Of a DNA stretch of 51,788 bases, positions 35,519 through 44,251 are shown piece by piece. This DNA comes from a virus. Its lineage: Duplodnaviria > Caudoviricetes. Made by a program: the position numbers and the translations under genes. Position 1 is the stretch's first letter. Every line of letters begins with the position of its first letter. The stretch lies in IMG/VR virus record IMGVR_UViG_3300044840_000008, positions 1 to 51,788 of that record; one strand, 5' to 3'. A model generated the notes under the pieces. It was not told where the DNA came from. It made no database searches and saw nothing but the letters and a program-made list of their open reading frames with translations.

Positions 35519-35818
35519 CTCTTCGAGGAGATCGCGGTCAGCCAGGGCGGTGGGGGAGAACGTCACCTCGAAGGCGCCCTCGACTTCGCCGGGTTCGAGA
35601 TAGCCCGCAGCCATCAGCGCCTCGACTGGGCGCAGATGGAATGCGCGGGCAAAGGCTACGACGTTCTCGGCGCTGGGGCGTATCTCACCGGAGAGCCAGC
35701 GGGACACGATTGATGTGCTGACGCCCGCCGCCGCGGCGATGTCCTTGCGGGCGTGTCCGGTGCCGCGCACGTATTCGGCCCAGGTGCGGGGTTTCCGTAC
35801 CGCCAAGATTGCGGCCAT
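35414..35818 (-). CDS. Immunity repressor (XRE-family HTH)
   Basis: ARKDIAAAAGVSTSIVSRWLSG HTH; VEALMAAGYL; divergent from the Cro-like gene. Confidence 0.88.
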   Translation of the reverse strand: MAAILAVRKPRTWAEYVRGTGHARKDIAAAAGVSTSIVSRWLSGEIRPSAENVVAFARAFHLRPVEALMAAGYLEPGEVEGAFEVTFSPTALADRDLLEELAHRLATRHVDDITHPLTTSDDGFESGEDDPGLT

Positions 35819-35856
35819 CCTTTGCCTTCTGTTCTACGTCCGGTGACGTGCGCTGA

Positions 35857-36069
35857 AGTATATGGCGTACACGCAATCCCCATGCTAGTTCCCAGTATTG
35901 CGCCGACGCAACATAGCTGGCAAAACGAATCCCCACCATGTCATTCAGCACGTCGCACGCCTGCACGCCATTGCGTGCACGCAAGCTGAAGAAATCATAA
36001 GAATCGCCACACGGGTGAAGATGCTTGCCTGAGGTGCGTGCACGTACTACTGTGCAACGCATGCACGCA
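35857..36069. promoter_or_regulatory. Lysis-lysogeny switch: divergent promoters and five GCGTGCACGC-type operators
   Basis: Sites at 35865, 35959, 35973 (perfect TTGCGTGCACGCAA 35971-35984), 36036, 36059; rightward TTGCCT-17-TACTGT (36025-36053); leftward TATACT (35857-35862). Confidence 0.75.
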
Positions 36070-36102
36070 TCAGTGCGCAACCCCCAGTTCAGGGAGCCCG
36101 AC

Positions 36103-36360
36103 GTGGCCACAATCGCCTTACGGCACGACCAACTCACCAAGTACCGGCGACTAGCCAGCCTTGGTGGGAACACGGCCATCACCACGGACGCAGGGTTCGC
36201 CAAACTCATCGAAGTTCACCCCGCACAAGTCTCGCGAGTACTCACGGGCAAGAGCGCCCCAGGTACCCGCTTCATTGCCGGAGTCCTTGAACTGTTCGGC
36301 GCCGAATGCTTTGCCGACCTGTTCTCCGTCGAGCCCGACGACAACGGGGAAGCGGCATGA
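36103..36360 (+). CDS. Cro-like HTH protein (alternative start ATG36061)
   Basis: AGGGAG RBS; FAKLIEVHPAQVSRVLTGKSAPG HTH. Confidence 0.82.
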   Translation: MATIALRHDQLTKYRRLASLGGNTAITTDAGFAKLIEVHPAQVSRVLTGKSAPGTRFIAGVLELFGAECFADLFSVEPDDNGEAA

Positions 36361-37205
36361 GCACCGACTTGGTCGTCCCCGACGACGCGCTGGTGTTCGC
36401 GGGCGATGACGGTGACCCGTTTACCACATCGCTGGTCATCGCCGAGCAGACCGGCAATGAGCACGCTTCGATCATCAAGCTCGTTCGCGACAACGGGGAC
36501 GACTTGAACGACGTCGGAACTTTGCGATTTCAAATCGCGAAGTCTGGCGGACGCCCAACGGAGTTCGCGGTCCTGGACGAGCCCGCCGCGGCATTGTTGA
36601 TGACCTACCTACGTAACACGCCGAAGGTGAAGGACTTCAAGAAGCGGTTGGTTGTCGGCTTCTACACCATGCGGCAGATGCTCACGCAAGCCCGTCCCGC
36701 GCTTCCCGATATCACTACCCCGGACGGCCTGCTGGCGCTGACGGAGATGTTCTCCGATACCGCCAAGCAGTTGGTGGCGGCGCAGGCCGAGAAGAAGATG
36801 CTCGAGGCTGCGATCGAACGAGACGCCCCGCTGGTCGCCAAGGCTGAAGCGCACACCGTTTCTGACTCCGCTATCCATCGCCAGGAGTTCTCCCGTGAGG
36901 TGAAGACGTGGGCGCAGAAGCAGAACGTCGTGATCCTCCAAGACGAGGTGATGCGGTTCCTTGGCCACATCGGCCTGTTCATTCGAGGCGAACGCTCTGA
37001 TACCGGGCACGCCACCTCGGAGGCGATCCGACGCGGCCTTGCCTTCACCGACAAGGGAACCAGCAAGAAGAACGGCCACGCCTACGCAGTCGGCAAGCTG
37101 ACGCCACTTGGCCAGGACTACGCGTGGAAGCGGATCACCAAATACGTCGCGGAGCACGGGCATCTCGTACTTCCCCGCGAGTTGCGCGGGGGTGACCCAG
37201 CATGA
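36357..37205 (+). CDS. Antirepressor (Rha-family N-terminus with ANT/KilAC-like C-terminus)
   Basis: TTSLVIAE...H, GGRPT, LLMTYLRN, FKKRLV motifs; C-terminal KLTPLGQ. Confidence 0.85.
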   Translation: MSTDLVVPDDALVFAGDDGDPFTTSLVIAEQTGNEHASIIKLVRDNGDDLNDVGTLRFQIAKSGGRPTEFAVLDEPAAALLMTYLRNTPKVKDFKKRLVVGFYTMRQMLTQARPALPDITTPDGLLALTEMFSDTAKQLVAAQAEKKMLEAAIERDAPLVAKAEAHTVSDSAIHRQEFSREVKTWAQKQNVVILQDEVMRFLGHIGLFIRGERSDTGHATSEAIRRGLAFTDKGTSKKNGHAYAVGKLTPLGQDYAWKRITKYVAEHGHLVLPRELRGGDPA

Positions 37206-37519
37206 GGTTCAACGGCGATTACCTGTACCGAGTTCGTGTCAACAGCTATCCAGAAGGCTCGTTTGAGCCGGTAGATCCGGAAGAAGAGTATTGGCGGCCA
37301 GTCCCGGGATGGTCTCCTCCCGGCTGGCGCCCGCGTGACAACTACGTCGAAATCATGGGCACCGCCGAGTTCATCTGGCCGGTAACCAACAAGGTGTACG
37401 GCAGCCAGTCGACGGCCAAGAAGCGCGCCGATCTGCTCGAATCCTACGGCGCGACAGCGGTTGTCGAACGGTCGAGCCGAATCGTATGGCCCGCCGTCAG
37501 TGAGGAGGCTGCGGCATGA
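37202..37519 (+). CDS. Hypothetical protein
   Basis: ATGA coupling at both ends. Confidence 0.75.
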   Translation: MRFNGDYLYRVRVNSYPEGSFEPVDPEEEYWRPVPGWSPPGWRPRDNYVEIMGTAEFIWPVTNKVYGSQSTAKKRADLLESYGATAVVERSSRIVWPAVSEEAAA

Positions 37520-37704
37520 GTGACCGTCTGTACACGAAGAAGCAGGCCGCCGAGTATCTGGCGATGTCGGTGCGGGTGTTGGACCGCCGCATCGAGGCCG
37601 GCGCCATCACCGCAGTAGTTGATGAGCGGTCGGTGAAGTTCCGGGAGTCGGAACTGCTGCGCTACATGGATGACCTCCCGAGCCGTGAGCCGAGGTCCGC
37701 GTGA
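37516..37704 (+). CDS. Excisionase-like HTH DNA-binding protein
   Basis: LYTKKQAAEYLAMSVRVLDRRIEAG winged-HTH pattern. Confidence 0.8.
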   Translation: MSDRLYTKKQAAEYLAMSVRVLDRRIEAGAITAVVDERSVKFRESELLRYMDDLPSREPRSA

Positions 37705-37880
37705 GGCATTACAAGCACTTCAACGCCCCCATCACGGATGAGTATCACTTCCTTTGCACTCATTGCTCATCCCCGTTCACCGCTGGGAAGCCGACCCGTA
37801 CTTGTCCTCGTTGCCGTGTCGGTGCGATGTCGGCTGGGCAATGTGATCCGGAACTAGTGGGGGAGATGTCAGGTGTCTGA
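37701..37880 (+). CDS. Zinc-ribbon microprotein
   Basis: GTGA overlap; CTHC...CPRC. Confidence 0.5.
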   Translation: MRHYKHFNAPITDEYHFLCTHCSSPFTAGKPTRTCPRCRVGAMSAGQCDPELVGEMSGV

Positions 37881-38052
37881 GGCCGAACTGCGCAAGGAGT
37901 TGGAGCGCGCGAACGACGTGATCGCTGAGTTCCGTAAGCGTGACGCCGCAGCGGACAGGATCATCGACCGCCTCACTTCCGAGCGGGATCAGGCGCGGGC
38001 TGAGCGGGATACCGCGGTAGCGGCGGCAGCGTTCCAAAGGACCCGACTATGA
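37873..38052 (+). CDS. Small coiled-coil protein
   Basis: GGAG RBS; MSEAELRKELERANDVI... Confidence 0.5.
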   Translation: MSEAELRKELERANDVIAEFRKRDAAADRIIDRLTSERDQARAERDTAVAAAAFQRTRL

Positions 38053-38125
38053 CCCAACTCGTCATTTCCAGCTGCGCTGTCGCCGCTACCTGGTTCTTCG
38101 TGTGGCTGGACAGTAAGGACCCCTC

Positions 38126-38722
38126 ATGACGTTGAGGCTTGCTGCGTTCCAACACTTCTGCGGCCGGTTCGCCGATGCGCTCCTGACATCTTGGTCGCCC
38201 CTTACCTACGAACGTGGCGACTTCCTTGCAGCAGATGCGTTGTCGGACAAAGAAGCCGAGGAAGAGGTGTGGGGGCCGGACGAGTTGGCCCGCGAATGCG
38301 GTGTCACCGTCCACGAATCGAGGCCGTGGTGGGCGCCGTTGCCTGGCGAACCCGGCTTCCCTGACTCCCCGGTGGGGGTGAGCACTTCCCCCCCGATAGT
38401 GCCCCCCACTGGGTTGGACCCGTCGCCCACCATCATCGAGTCGGCGCCCCCGCCGCAGGTGTGCGGCGATGGCCCGGACGGTGATAGCGACATTCCCCCG
38501 TCGCCGCCGTCCGGGCACCCAATCTCCCTGCCGATGTTCAGGTTCGGTGACCTCCAGGCCATCGCTGCGGAGTACATCGAGGACAGCTGCTCACAGAAGC
38601 CGCTGTTTCCGGGCAAGAAGGAATGGTCTCACCACGTCGCGGAGATCGTCGTCTCCGCTGTGCTGGCTGAACTCACCGGACTTGCGTGGGATCAGTCCCA
38701 CCAAAAAGAAGCCCAGAAATAA
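38126..38722 (+). CDS. Hypothetical Pro-rich protein
   Basis: AAGGA RBS; 198-aa ORF. Confidence 0.65.
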   Translation: MTLRLAAFQHFCGRFADALLTSWSPLTYERGDFLAADALSDKEAEEEVWGPDELARECGVTVHESRPWWAPLPGEPGFPDSPVGVSTSPPIVPPTGLDPSPTIIESAPPPQVCGDGPDGDSDIPPSPPSGHPISLPMFRFGDLQAIAAEYIEDSCSQKPLFPGKKEWSHHVAEIVVSAVLAELTGLAWDQSHQKEAQK

Positions 38723-38725
38723 GAC

Positions 38726-38755
38726 GGTGCCGCCCGAAGCGACTCGGACGGCACC
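38726..38755 (+). terminator. Intergenic hairpin
   Basis: GGTGCCG.CCGA...TCGG.CGGCACC. Confidence 0.45.
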
Positions 38756-38777
38756 ACGACAACAGGAGGTAAGTCCA

Positions 38778-39152
38778 GTGTCACGAAACAGCATATCTGA
38801 GTGGATCAAGGAGAAAGCGGGACCGGTGGGGACGCTGTTCCTGGCGTCTTTGATCATCGGCGCAAGTATCGGTTCGGCCGCGAAGGCCCACGCTGATCCG
38901 GAGTCGGTGAACGACTACACGTTGCGCAATGCTTCCGCGATCTGCGCGATGCTCGGCAACGACGACTCCGATGCCGGGATCACGGAGATCCTGCAGAAGC
39001 TATGGGCCGCGGGAGTGCAGCCGTTCCAAAGCGGTGAAGTGCTGTATCAGGCGGTGCACAACATTTGCCCAGCTTTCGAGCCTGAGGTGTTGGCGTGGGC
39101 CAACGACCACAAGCCGTCTGGCGGGTCCATCGGCGGTGCTTCCCGCGCATGA
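38778..39152 (+). CDS. Secreted DUF732-like protein
   Basis: AGGAGG RBS; signal peptide ending AHA|DP; ICAML...ICP Cys pair. Confidence 0.7.
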   Translation: MSRNSISEWIKEKAGPVGTLFLASLIIGASIGSAAKAHADPESVNDYTLRNASAICAMLGNDDSDAGITEILQKLWAAGVQPFQSGEVLYQAVHNICPAFEPEVLAWANDHKPSGGSIGGASRA

Positions 39153-39249
39153 GTGACATCTCCGGCGTGATCGGCTGGCTGGACAAGCTGCTCGACGCCA
39201 CCGAGGCGGCCTGCTGGCGTGTCCTCGGCATCGAATCGAAGGGCGACAA

Positions 39250-39468
39250 ATGAGCCAACTGAAGCTGAGGGATGGGTTCGTTGATCCCGACCGTTTGACG
39301 GTCTCCTACAACGACAAGACGGTAACCGTCGGCCTGTGTGGTGTTTCTTGGTCGGGCACTGATAAGGATTTGGATCAGTTGGTTCGGGCGTTTGTGTTGT
39401 TGCGGGCTGAAGCGCAGACGAAGCGGGCAGTGGTCGAGGCCATGCTGCCGCACAAGGACACCGCGTGA
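39250..39468 (+). CDS. Hypothetical protein
   Basis: Coupled ORF. Confidence 0.6.
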   Translation: MSQLKLRDGFVDPDRLTVSYNDKTVTVGLCGVSWSGTDKDLDQLVRAFVLLRAEAQTKRAVVEAMLPHKDTA

Positions 39469-39974
39469 GCCGCCAGCTGGTCGTGGTCGACCTAGAGACC
39501 ACCGGATTGTCGAAGTATGCGTTCCCCCTGGAGGTCGCTGCAATCAACGTGGACACCGGCGAGGAACTCCAGTTCGTGCCATACGTCACCGATTCGGTGC
39601 TTGGTGGAGCAGACCCCAAGGCGTTGCAGATCAACCGCTACTACGAGCGTGGCGTGTGGGCAGAGATGCTCGACGCGGATGCCACGAAGGAGAAGTGGGA
39701 TGTGCTGCTGAACATGCTGGACGGCAACACCCTCGGCGGTTCCAACCCACGCTTCGACGCCATGATCATGGCCCGCTTCATTGGGGAGCCGTGGCACCAC
39801 CGCCTCGCTGATCTGTCGGCGTATGCGGCAGGTTGCCTCGATCTGAGTCTGAATGCGCTTCCGGGGCTTGCTGATGTGTGCAAGCGCCTAGACATCACGA
39901 ACCACGAAGAGCATTCGGCGTACTACGACGCACAGGCGACAGCTGAGTGCTTCAAGGCGTTGATGCGCCGATGA
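39465..39974 (+). CDS. DnaQ-like 3'-5' exonuclease (DEDDh)
   Basis: VDLETTG, NPRFD, HSAYYDA motifs. Confidence 0.9.
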   Translation: MSRQLVVVDLETTGLSKYAFPLEVAAINVDTGEELQFVPYVTDSVLGGADPKALQINRYYERGVWAEMLDADATKEKWDVLLNMLDGNTLGGSNPRFDAMIMARFIGEPWHHRLADLSAYAAGCLDLSLNALPGLADVCKRLDITNHEEHSAYYDAQATAECFKALMRR

Positions 39975-40174
39975 GCATCAACGATGACGCGCAGATGAGG
40001 CGCACACCCCGCCGCCGTTGCCCAGTCTGCTGGCGGCTTGTCCAACGCACCATCCACGAAACCATCGAAGGGCACTGGGACTCAGTGCTCCGTCCGTGCC
40101 CCGGTTCCGCGCATCCGTACGCGATCACGTTGGCGGCCAAGACAAAAGACACGCTGAGAAAGAGGGCGGCATGA
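39971..40174 (+). CDS. Small Cys/His hypothetical protein
   Basis: CPVC...H.D....CPGS. Confidence 0.6.
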   Translation: MSINDDAQMRRTPRRRCPVCWRLVQRTIHETIEGHWDSVLRPCPGSAHPYAITLAAKTKDTLRKRAA

Positions 40175-40521
40175 ACCGTGACTGGATGGTGTCTGCGAAA
40201 TGCCGGGGTGTGGACCCTGACCTGTTCTTCCCGACGTCTACGGGTAATGGTGCCCGTACGGCGGTGGCTGCGGCTGCTGTGATCTGCCGTGGTTGTCCCG
40301 TCGTCGGGGAGTGCCGGGAGTACGCCCGGGAGTTGAACGTGCCTTTCGGGGTGTGGGGTGGGGAGGGCCGCCCGGGTGTTCATTCAGGCTTTGGTGGGAA
40401 TCGGGTGTTGGCTCCGCATGGCACGGAAGCAGCGGCTAAACGGCATTACCGGAACGGTGAGAAGCCTTGCGGGGCCTGCCTTGAGGCTAGAACCTTGGCG
40501 CGGGTAAGGCGGGGCCAGTGA
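40171..40521 (+). CDS. whiB: WhiB-family transcription factor with C-terminal His/Cys finger
   Basis: CRGVDPDLFF, CRGCPVVGEC, GVWGG; HGT...RH...PCGAC. Confidence 0.9.
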   Translation: MNRDWMVSAKCRGVDPDLFFPTSTGNGARTAVAAAAVICRGCPVVGECREYARELNVPFGVWGGEGRPGVHSGFGGNRVLAPHGTEAAAKRHYRNGEKPCGACLEARTLARVRRGQ

Positions 40522-41318
40522 TTGAGGACGTTGATACCCGTATCACCAACCGGATCGCGGAAGTGAAAGCAGCTGTCGCGGTACTAGACCTGCTGCCTAC
40601 TCCTCCGAGCCACTGGAACTGGGATTGCACCGAAGTGCTTGACACCGAAAGGGGCTGGCACACGGTAACAATTTCGCTCCTTAATGAGGATCGTGAGGTT
40701 GTTCGTAAGGCATCAATCGCCGCCGATCTGTACGGGCTCTCTGGGGTTCGTGAACGCGCCGTTCGCATGATTGAGATGGTGACTGAGGCTGAAGCAGCGG
40801 CCGAGCACTGGCGGCCTGTCGTGGGGTTTGAAGGCATGTATGCGGTAAGCGACTTTGGCCGAGTGCGCTCGATTGAGCGGAACGTGCTCTGTAAGAACGG
40901 TTCATCGAAACGCATTCATGCACTGGAGATGAAGGTCGGTGTAGACAAGATCGGTCGGCATTACGTGAGGTTCAGTGCCGGCAATGTACATCACTCCCGA
41001 AAGGTTCATCACCTTGTGCTCGAAGCCTTTGTTGGGCCTCGACCGTTCGGTAAGGAGTGCTGCCACAACGACGGCAACCCCGGCAACAACCACGTGAGCA
41101 ACCTGAGGTGGGATACCCGGTCTTCCAACGTAAATGACGCGATCAAACACGGAACCCATTGGGGGGCGGCGAAGACGCGTTGCAAGAACGGCCATGAGTT
41201 CAACAAGGCCAACACCCGCTGGCGCAAGGGTTATGTCGGTAGGCGGGATTGTCGTGCGTGTCAACGTGATCGGTACGCAGCGAAGGTTGGACGAAAGGGG
41301 ATGAGAGATGCGGGCTGA
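40518..41318 (+). CDS. NUMOD4-HNH endonuclease with an unrelated N-terminal domain
   Basis: WRPVVGFEGMYAVSDFGRVRS, VHHLVLEAFVG, HNDGNPGNN, CKNGHEF...CRAC. Confidence 0.9.
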   Translation: MIEDVDTRITNRIAEVKAAVAVLDLLPTPPSHWNWDCTEVLDTERGWHTVTISLLNEDREVVRKASIAADLYGLSGVRERAVRMIEMVTEAEAAAEHWRPVVGFEGMYAVSDFGRVRSIERNVLCKNGSSKRIHALEMKVGVDKIGRHYVRFSAGNVHHSRKVHHLVLEAFVGPRPFGKECCHNDGNPGNNHVSNLRWDTRSSNVNDAIKHGTHWGAAKTRCKNGHEFNKANTRWRKGYVGRRDCRACQRDRYAAKVGRKGMRDAG

Positions 41319-41535
41319 TAGTCGAATTGACACTGCGCTTGCAGACGTTAAGGCAGGTAGTGCCGCCATCGACGACGCAAGGTGCACTGTCGCGGAACTG
41401 TTGGAGGAGTGCTCCATTTCTGACCGCGACCAGATGGCGCTACAGGTCATGCGGGACGCGATGAATCTGATTATCGAGAAGTCCAATGCCGTTATCGGCG
41501 GGTTGGTTCGAGTACAGGAGAGGCAACAGCCATGA
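41308..41535 (+). CDS. Hypothetical protein
   Basis: N-terminus resembles that of 40518. Confidence 0.65.
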   Translation: MRADSRIDTALADVKAGSAAIDDARCTVAELLEECSISDRDQMALQVMRDAMNLIIEKSNAVIGGLVRVQERQQP

Positions 41536-41777
41536 GTCTTGTCTACGTCGTTTTGAAGCAGGCCCCACTGTCCCGGCTGCCGTTCCGTCAGCAGCGGTGG
41601 TACTGGCTGGCGAAATCCGGTGACAACCAACGCAAACTCGCCCGTTCGTCGGAGCGTTATTTCAACCGTGTCGATGCGATCAACGCGATCAACGTGCTGT
41701 TCGCGGACGCCTCGAATGTGTACCGGCGGGAAGCCGAGCTCGGTGACGTGATGCTCCGTCTGGCCAACCCGCTGTGA
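41532..41777 (+). CDS. YegP/DUF1508-like protein
   Basis: WYWLAKSGDNQRKLARSSERYFNRVDAINAI pattern. Confidence 0.65.
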   Translation: MSLVYVVLKQAPLSRLPFRQQRWYWLAKSGDNQRKLARSSERYFNRVDAINAINVLFADASNVYRREAELGDVMLRLANPL

Positions 41778-41929
41778 CAGATCCGAGGCTTTCCGGCCGC
41801 TGCCTGGAGGCGGCACAAACCCTCGAGGAAATGGGGGAGTTGTACGACTTCCTCTACCCCGCATCGTCGGAGTGGTCTGCCATCGCTCTACGTAGAGAAG
41901 CCGAAGTGATTGCGGAGGAAGACCTGTGA
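41774..41929 (+). CDS. 51-aa hypothetical protein
   Basis: GTGA overlaps at both ends. Confidence 0.5.
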   Translation: MTDPRLSGRCLEAAQTLEEMGELYDFLYPASSEWSAIALRREAEVIAEEDL

Positions 41930-42894
41930 CACTGAAGACACGCCAGCCTACGGGTGCTGTGCCGTGGCCCCTGGTCCTCGTCGAGGGTGGCGAGAAGGCG
42001 GGAAAGTCGTGGGCCGCAGCAGTCCTCTCATCCTCGGAGCAAGTCGGGCGGACGCTGTGGATTGACTGGGCTGAAGGTGCTGCCGACGAGTACGGCGCCA
42101 TCCCCGGAGCACGGTATGAAGTCATCGAGCATGACGGCACCTGGAACTCCATCCTCGAGCAAGTCAAAGCAGCTAGGGATGAAGCCCGACTTGCGGTGGA
42201 TGCGGGGGAGAAGCCCGTTGTCCTGGTGCTGGATTCGATGACCGCCGAGTGGGACGACCTGAAGGAATGGGTCGACGGGAAAGCCCGCCGCCGGGAGGCG
42301 AACGCGAAGCGGTTGGAGAAGGACCCCGACGCGGAAGTGCAAATAACGACAGACCTTTGGAACCTCGCGACGGCACGGCACAAGGAGTTGATGCGGGTTT
42401 TGATGCGGTTCCCCGGGATCGTCGTGATGACCGCTAGGGGTGCCGATCAGGTGGCGATGGAGAACGGGAAACCCACCACGAAGCGGGTGTGGAAGGTGGA
42501 GGGGCAGAAGAACCTCGGCTACGACGCCTCCGTGTGGGTGCGCCTGTCCCGTACTGAGACTCCGCAGATCATCGGAGCCAGATCGGTCCACGCCGGCATC
42601 GTCCCCGGTGACGACAAACCCAAACGAGTTCCGGAGTTGACGTTGGAACAGTTGGTGTTCGAAATATTGAAGTGTGATCCGAAGACAGCGCACGTACGGG
42701 ACTTCCAATCAGTGCAGGACCGGGTGCTGGACTTCCTCGACCGCATTGATGCTGTGACATCCAAGGATGAGTTGACGGCGTTGTGGCGGGAAGCGAAAGC
42801 CGCTGAGGTGCTCCCCATTGGCGCGTTGGATGGGCCGACCGTGGAAGCGGCGATCATGGCGCGTGCAGCGCAACTAGAGGCCGCTGAGAAGTGA
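41926..42894 (+). CDS. AAA/RecA-like ATPase (Sak4-like recombination protein)
   Basis: Walker A EGGEKAGKS, Walker B VLVLDS, VVMTAR. Confidence 0.8.
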   Translation: MTLKTRQPTGAVPWPLVLVEGGEKAGKSWAAAVLSSSEQVGRTLWIDWAEGAADEYGAIPGARYEVIEHDGTWNSILEQVKAARDEARLAVDAGEKPVVLVLDSMTAEWDDLKEWVDGKARRREANAKRLEKDPDAEVQITTDLWNLATARHKELMRVLMRFPGIVVMTARGADQVAMENGKPTTKRVWKVEGQKNLGYDASVWVRLSRTETPQIIGARSVHAGIVPGDDKPKRVPELTLEQLVFEILKCDPKTAHVRDFQSVQDRVLDFLDRIDAVTSKDELTALWREAKAAEVLPIGALDGPTVEAAIMARAAQLEAAEK

Positions 42895-43051
42895 CCCGGA
42901 AGTGTGTCAATCCCAAGCATGTTGGTACCCCCACGGATGCGGGGTTCTCCACTGACTGGTGTCGACTGTGTGGAGGGGTGCGACTAATCAAGCCTGCCCC
43001 GGCGGTTGAGGTTGATGAAGACGAAGCCACCGCGCATTTGAACGGAATCAC

Positions 43052-43759
43052 GTGGTAGCGCGTCCGCTGCTTTTGGATCTGTTCTGCGGTGCAGGAGGAG
43101 CTGCTATGGGATACCACCGCGCCGGGTTCGACGTCATCGGCTACGACATCGCTCCCCAACCCAACTTCCCGTTCGAGTTCATCCAGAGTGACGCACTCGC
43201 CATCGAAGCGATTGAAGGTGTTGCCGCGATCCATGCTTCTCCGCCGTGCCAGTCGTACCTGAATCTTGGTGCGGTCAATCGGTCGATGGGGCGGAAGTAT
43301 GCCCATGAGGATCTGATCGGCCGGACGCGGGAGCTGCTCGAGTCCACCGGCCTGCCGTACGTCATTGAGAACGTGGCCGACGCCAAACCCCAACTACGTG
43401 ACCCGGTGCGGATCTGCGGTACCGGCCTAAACCTGCCCATACGCCGGCACCGCCTGTTCGAGTCCAACCTCCCCCTAACCGGCATCCCCTGCGCTCACGA
43501 CAGGTTCACGGAGAAGAAGTACTGGACCGGTTGGAGACCCAATGGGGAACACCGACTCTCGACTGTGGTGCAGGTGTACGGCAATGCGGGCGGTCGGGAG
43601 CACTGGCCCGCCGCGATGGGCATTTCGTGGATGACTGCTGCCGAGATGTGCGAAGCCATACCGCCGTCTTATACAGAAGCTATCGGCAAACAATTGCGGA
43701 AGCGTATAGCATATATGAATGGCCCGACAGATAACGCTTTGCAAGGTGGTCGATTGTGA
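43052..43759 (+). CDS. DNA cytosine-5 methyltransferase (compact)
   Basis: LDLFCGAGG (motif I), ASPPCQ (IV), IENV (VI), RRHRLF (VIII), EAIPP (X). Confidence 0.9.
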   Translation: MVARPLLLDLFCGAGGAAMGYHRAGFDVIGYDIAPQPNFPFEFIQSDALAIEAIEGVAAIHASPPCQSYLNLGAVNRSMGRKYAHEDLIGRTRELLESTGLPYVIENVADAKPQLRDPVRICGTGLNLPIRRHRLFESNLPLTGIPCAHDRFTEKKYWTGWRPNGEHRLSTVVQVYGNAGGREHWPAAMGISWMTAAEMCEAIPPSYTEAIGKQLRKRIAYMNGPTDNALQGGRL

Positions 43760-44234
43760 CCGCCGAATTGTCAGTCACGAACTCTGCTGCCTCCATTGGC
43801 AGCGGTTGCAACGGAGTGGCACCACTGACGCTCCGGTTCACCAGTGGGGAAAACGCAAACCAACTCCATGCAAGGTCGAGGGTTGCGATCGAAACATCGC
43901 GAGCAACGGTATGTGCCACGTGCATTGGCAGAGATTCAAGCGACTTGGGCACACGGATCTCGTACCCCGTGAACGCAGGCCGTACATCGACGCGTCCGGC
44001 TATGTGCGGCTCCGTATCAAGGGTGAGCGACAAGGCCAACTACAACATCGGATCATCATGTCTGAGCACCTTGGACGCCCTCTTTGGCCAGATGAAAACG
44101 TCCATCACATCAACGGGGTTAAGGCCGACAACCGTATTGAGAATCTCGAGCTTTGGTCCACCCACCAGCCAACAGGACAGAGAACAGACGACTTGCTTGA
44201 GTGGGCGCAGGAGATTATCCGCCGCTACGGCTAA
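43719..44234 (+). CDS. HNH endonuclease
   Basis: Two C.V.GC...C..H repeats; [25 protein letters not shown]. Confidence 0.9.
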   Translation: MARQITLCKVVDCDRRIVSHELCCLHWQRLQRSGTTDAPVHQWGKRKPTPCKVEGCDRNIASNGMCHVHWQRFKRLGHTDLVPRERRPYIDASGYVRLRIKGERQGQLQHRIIMSEHLGRPLWPDENVHHINGVKADNRIENLELWSTHQPTGQRTDDLLEWAQEIIRRYG

Positions 44235-44251
44235 CTGGCTAGAGCCTGCCA

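Noticed and set aside
35414-35818. Integration-dependent immunity (attP inside the repressor gene)
   Set aside because: The att core is about 1.8 kb away beyond the integrase, and the repressor has no obvious ssrA-like C-terminal tag
40902-42383. 493-aa minus-strand ORF and other long antisense ORFs (e.g. 5629-6504, 14955-15881, 17733-18626)
   Set aside because: Shadow frames opposite well-supported genes in GC-rich DNA, with no recognisable motifs
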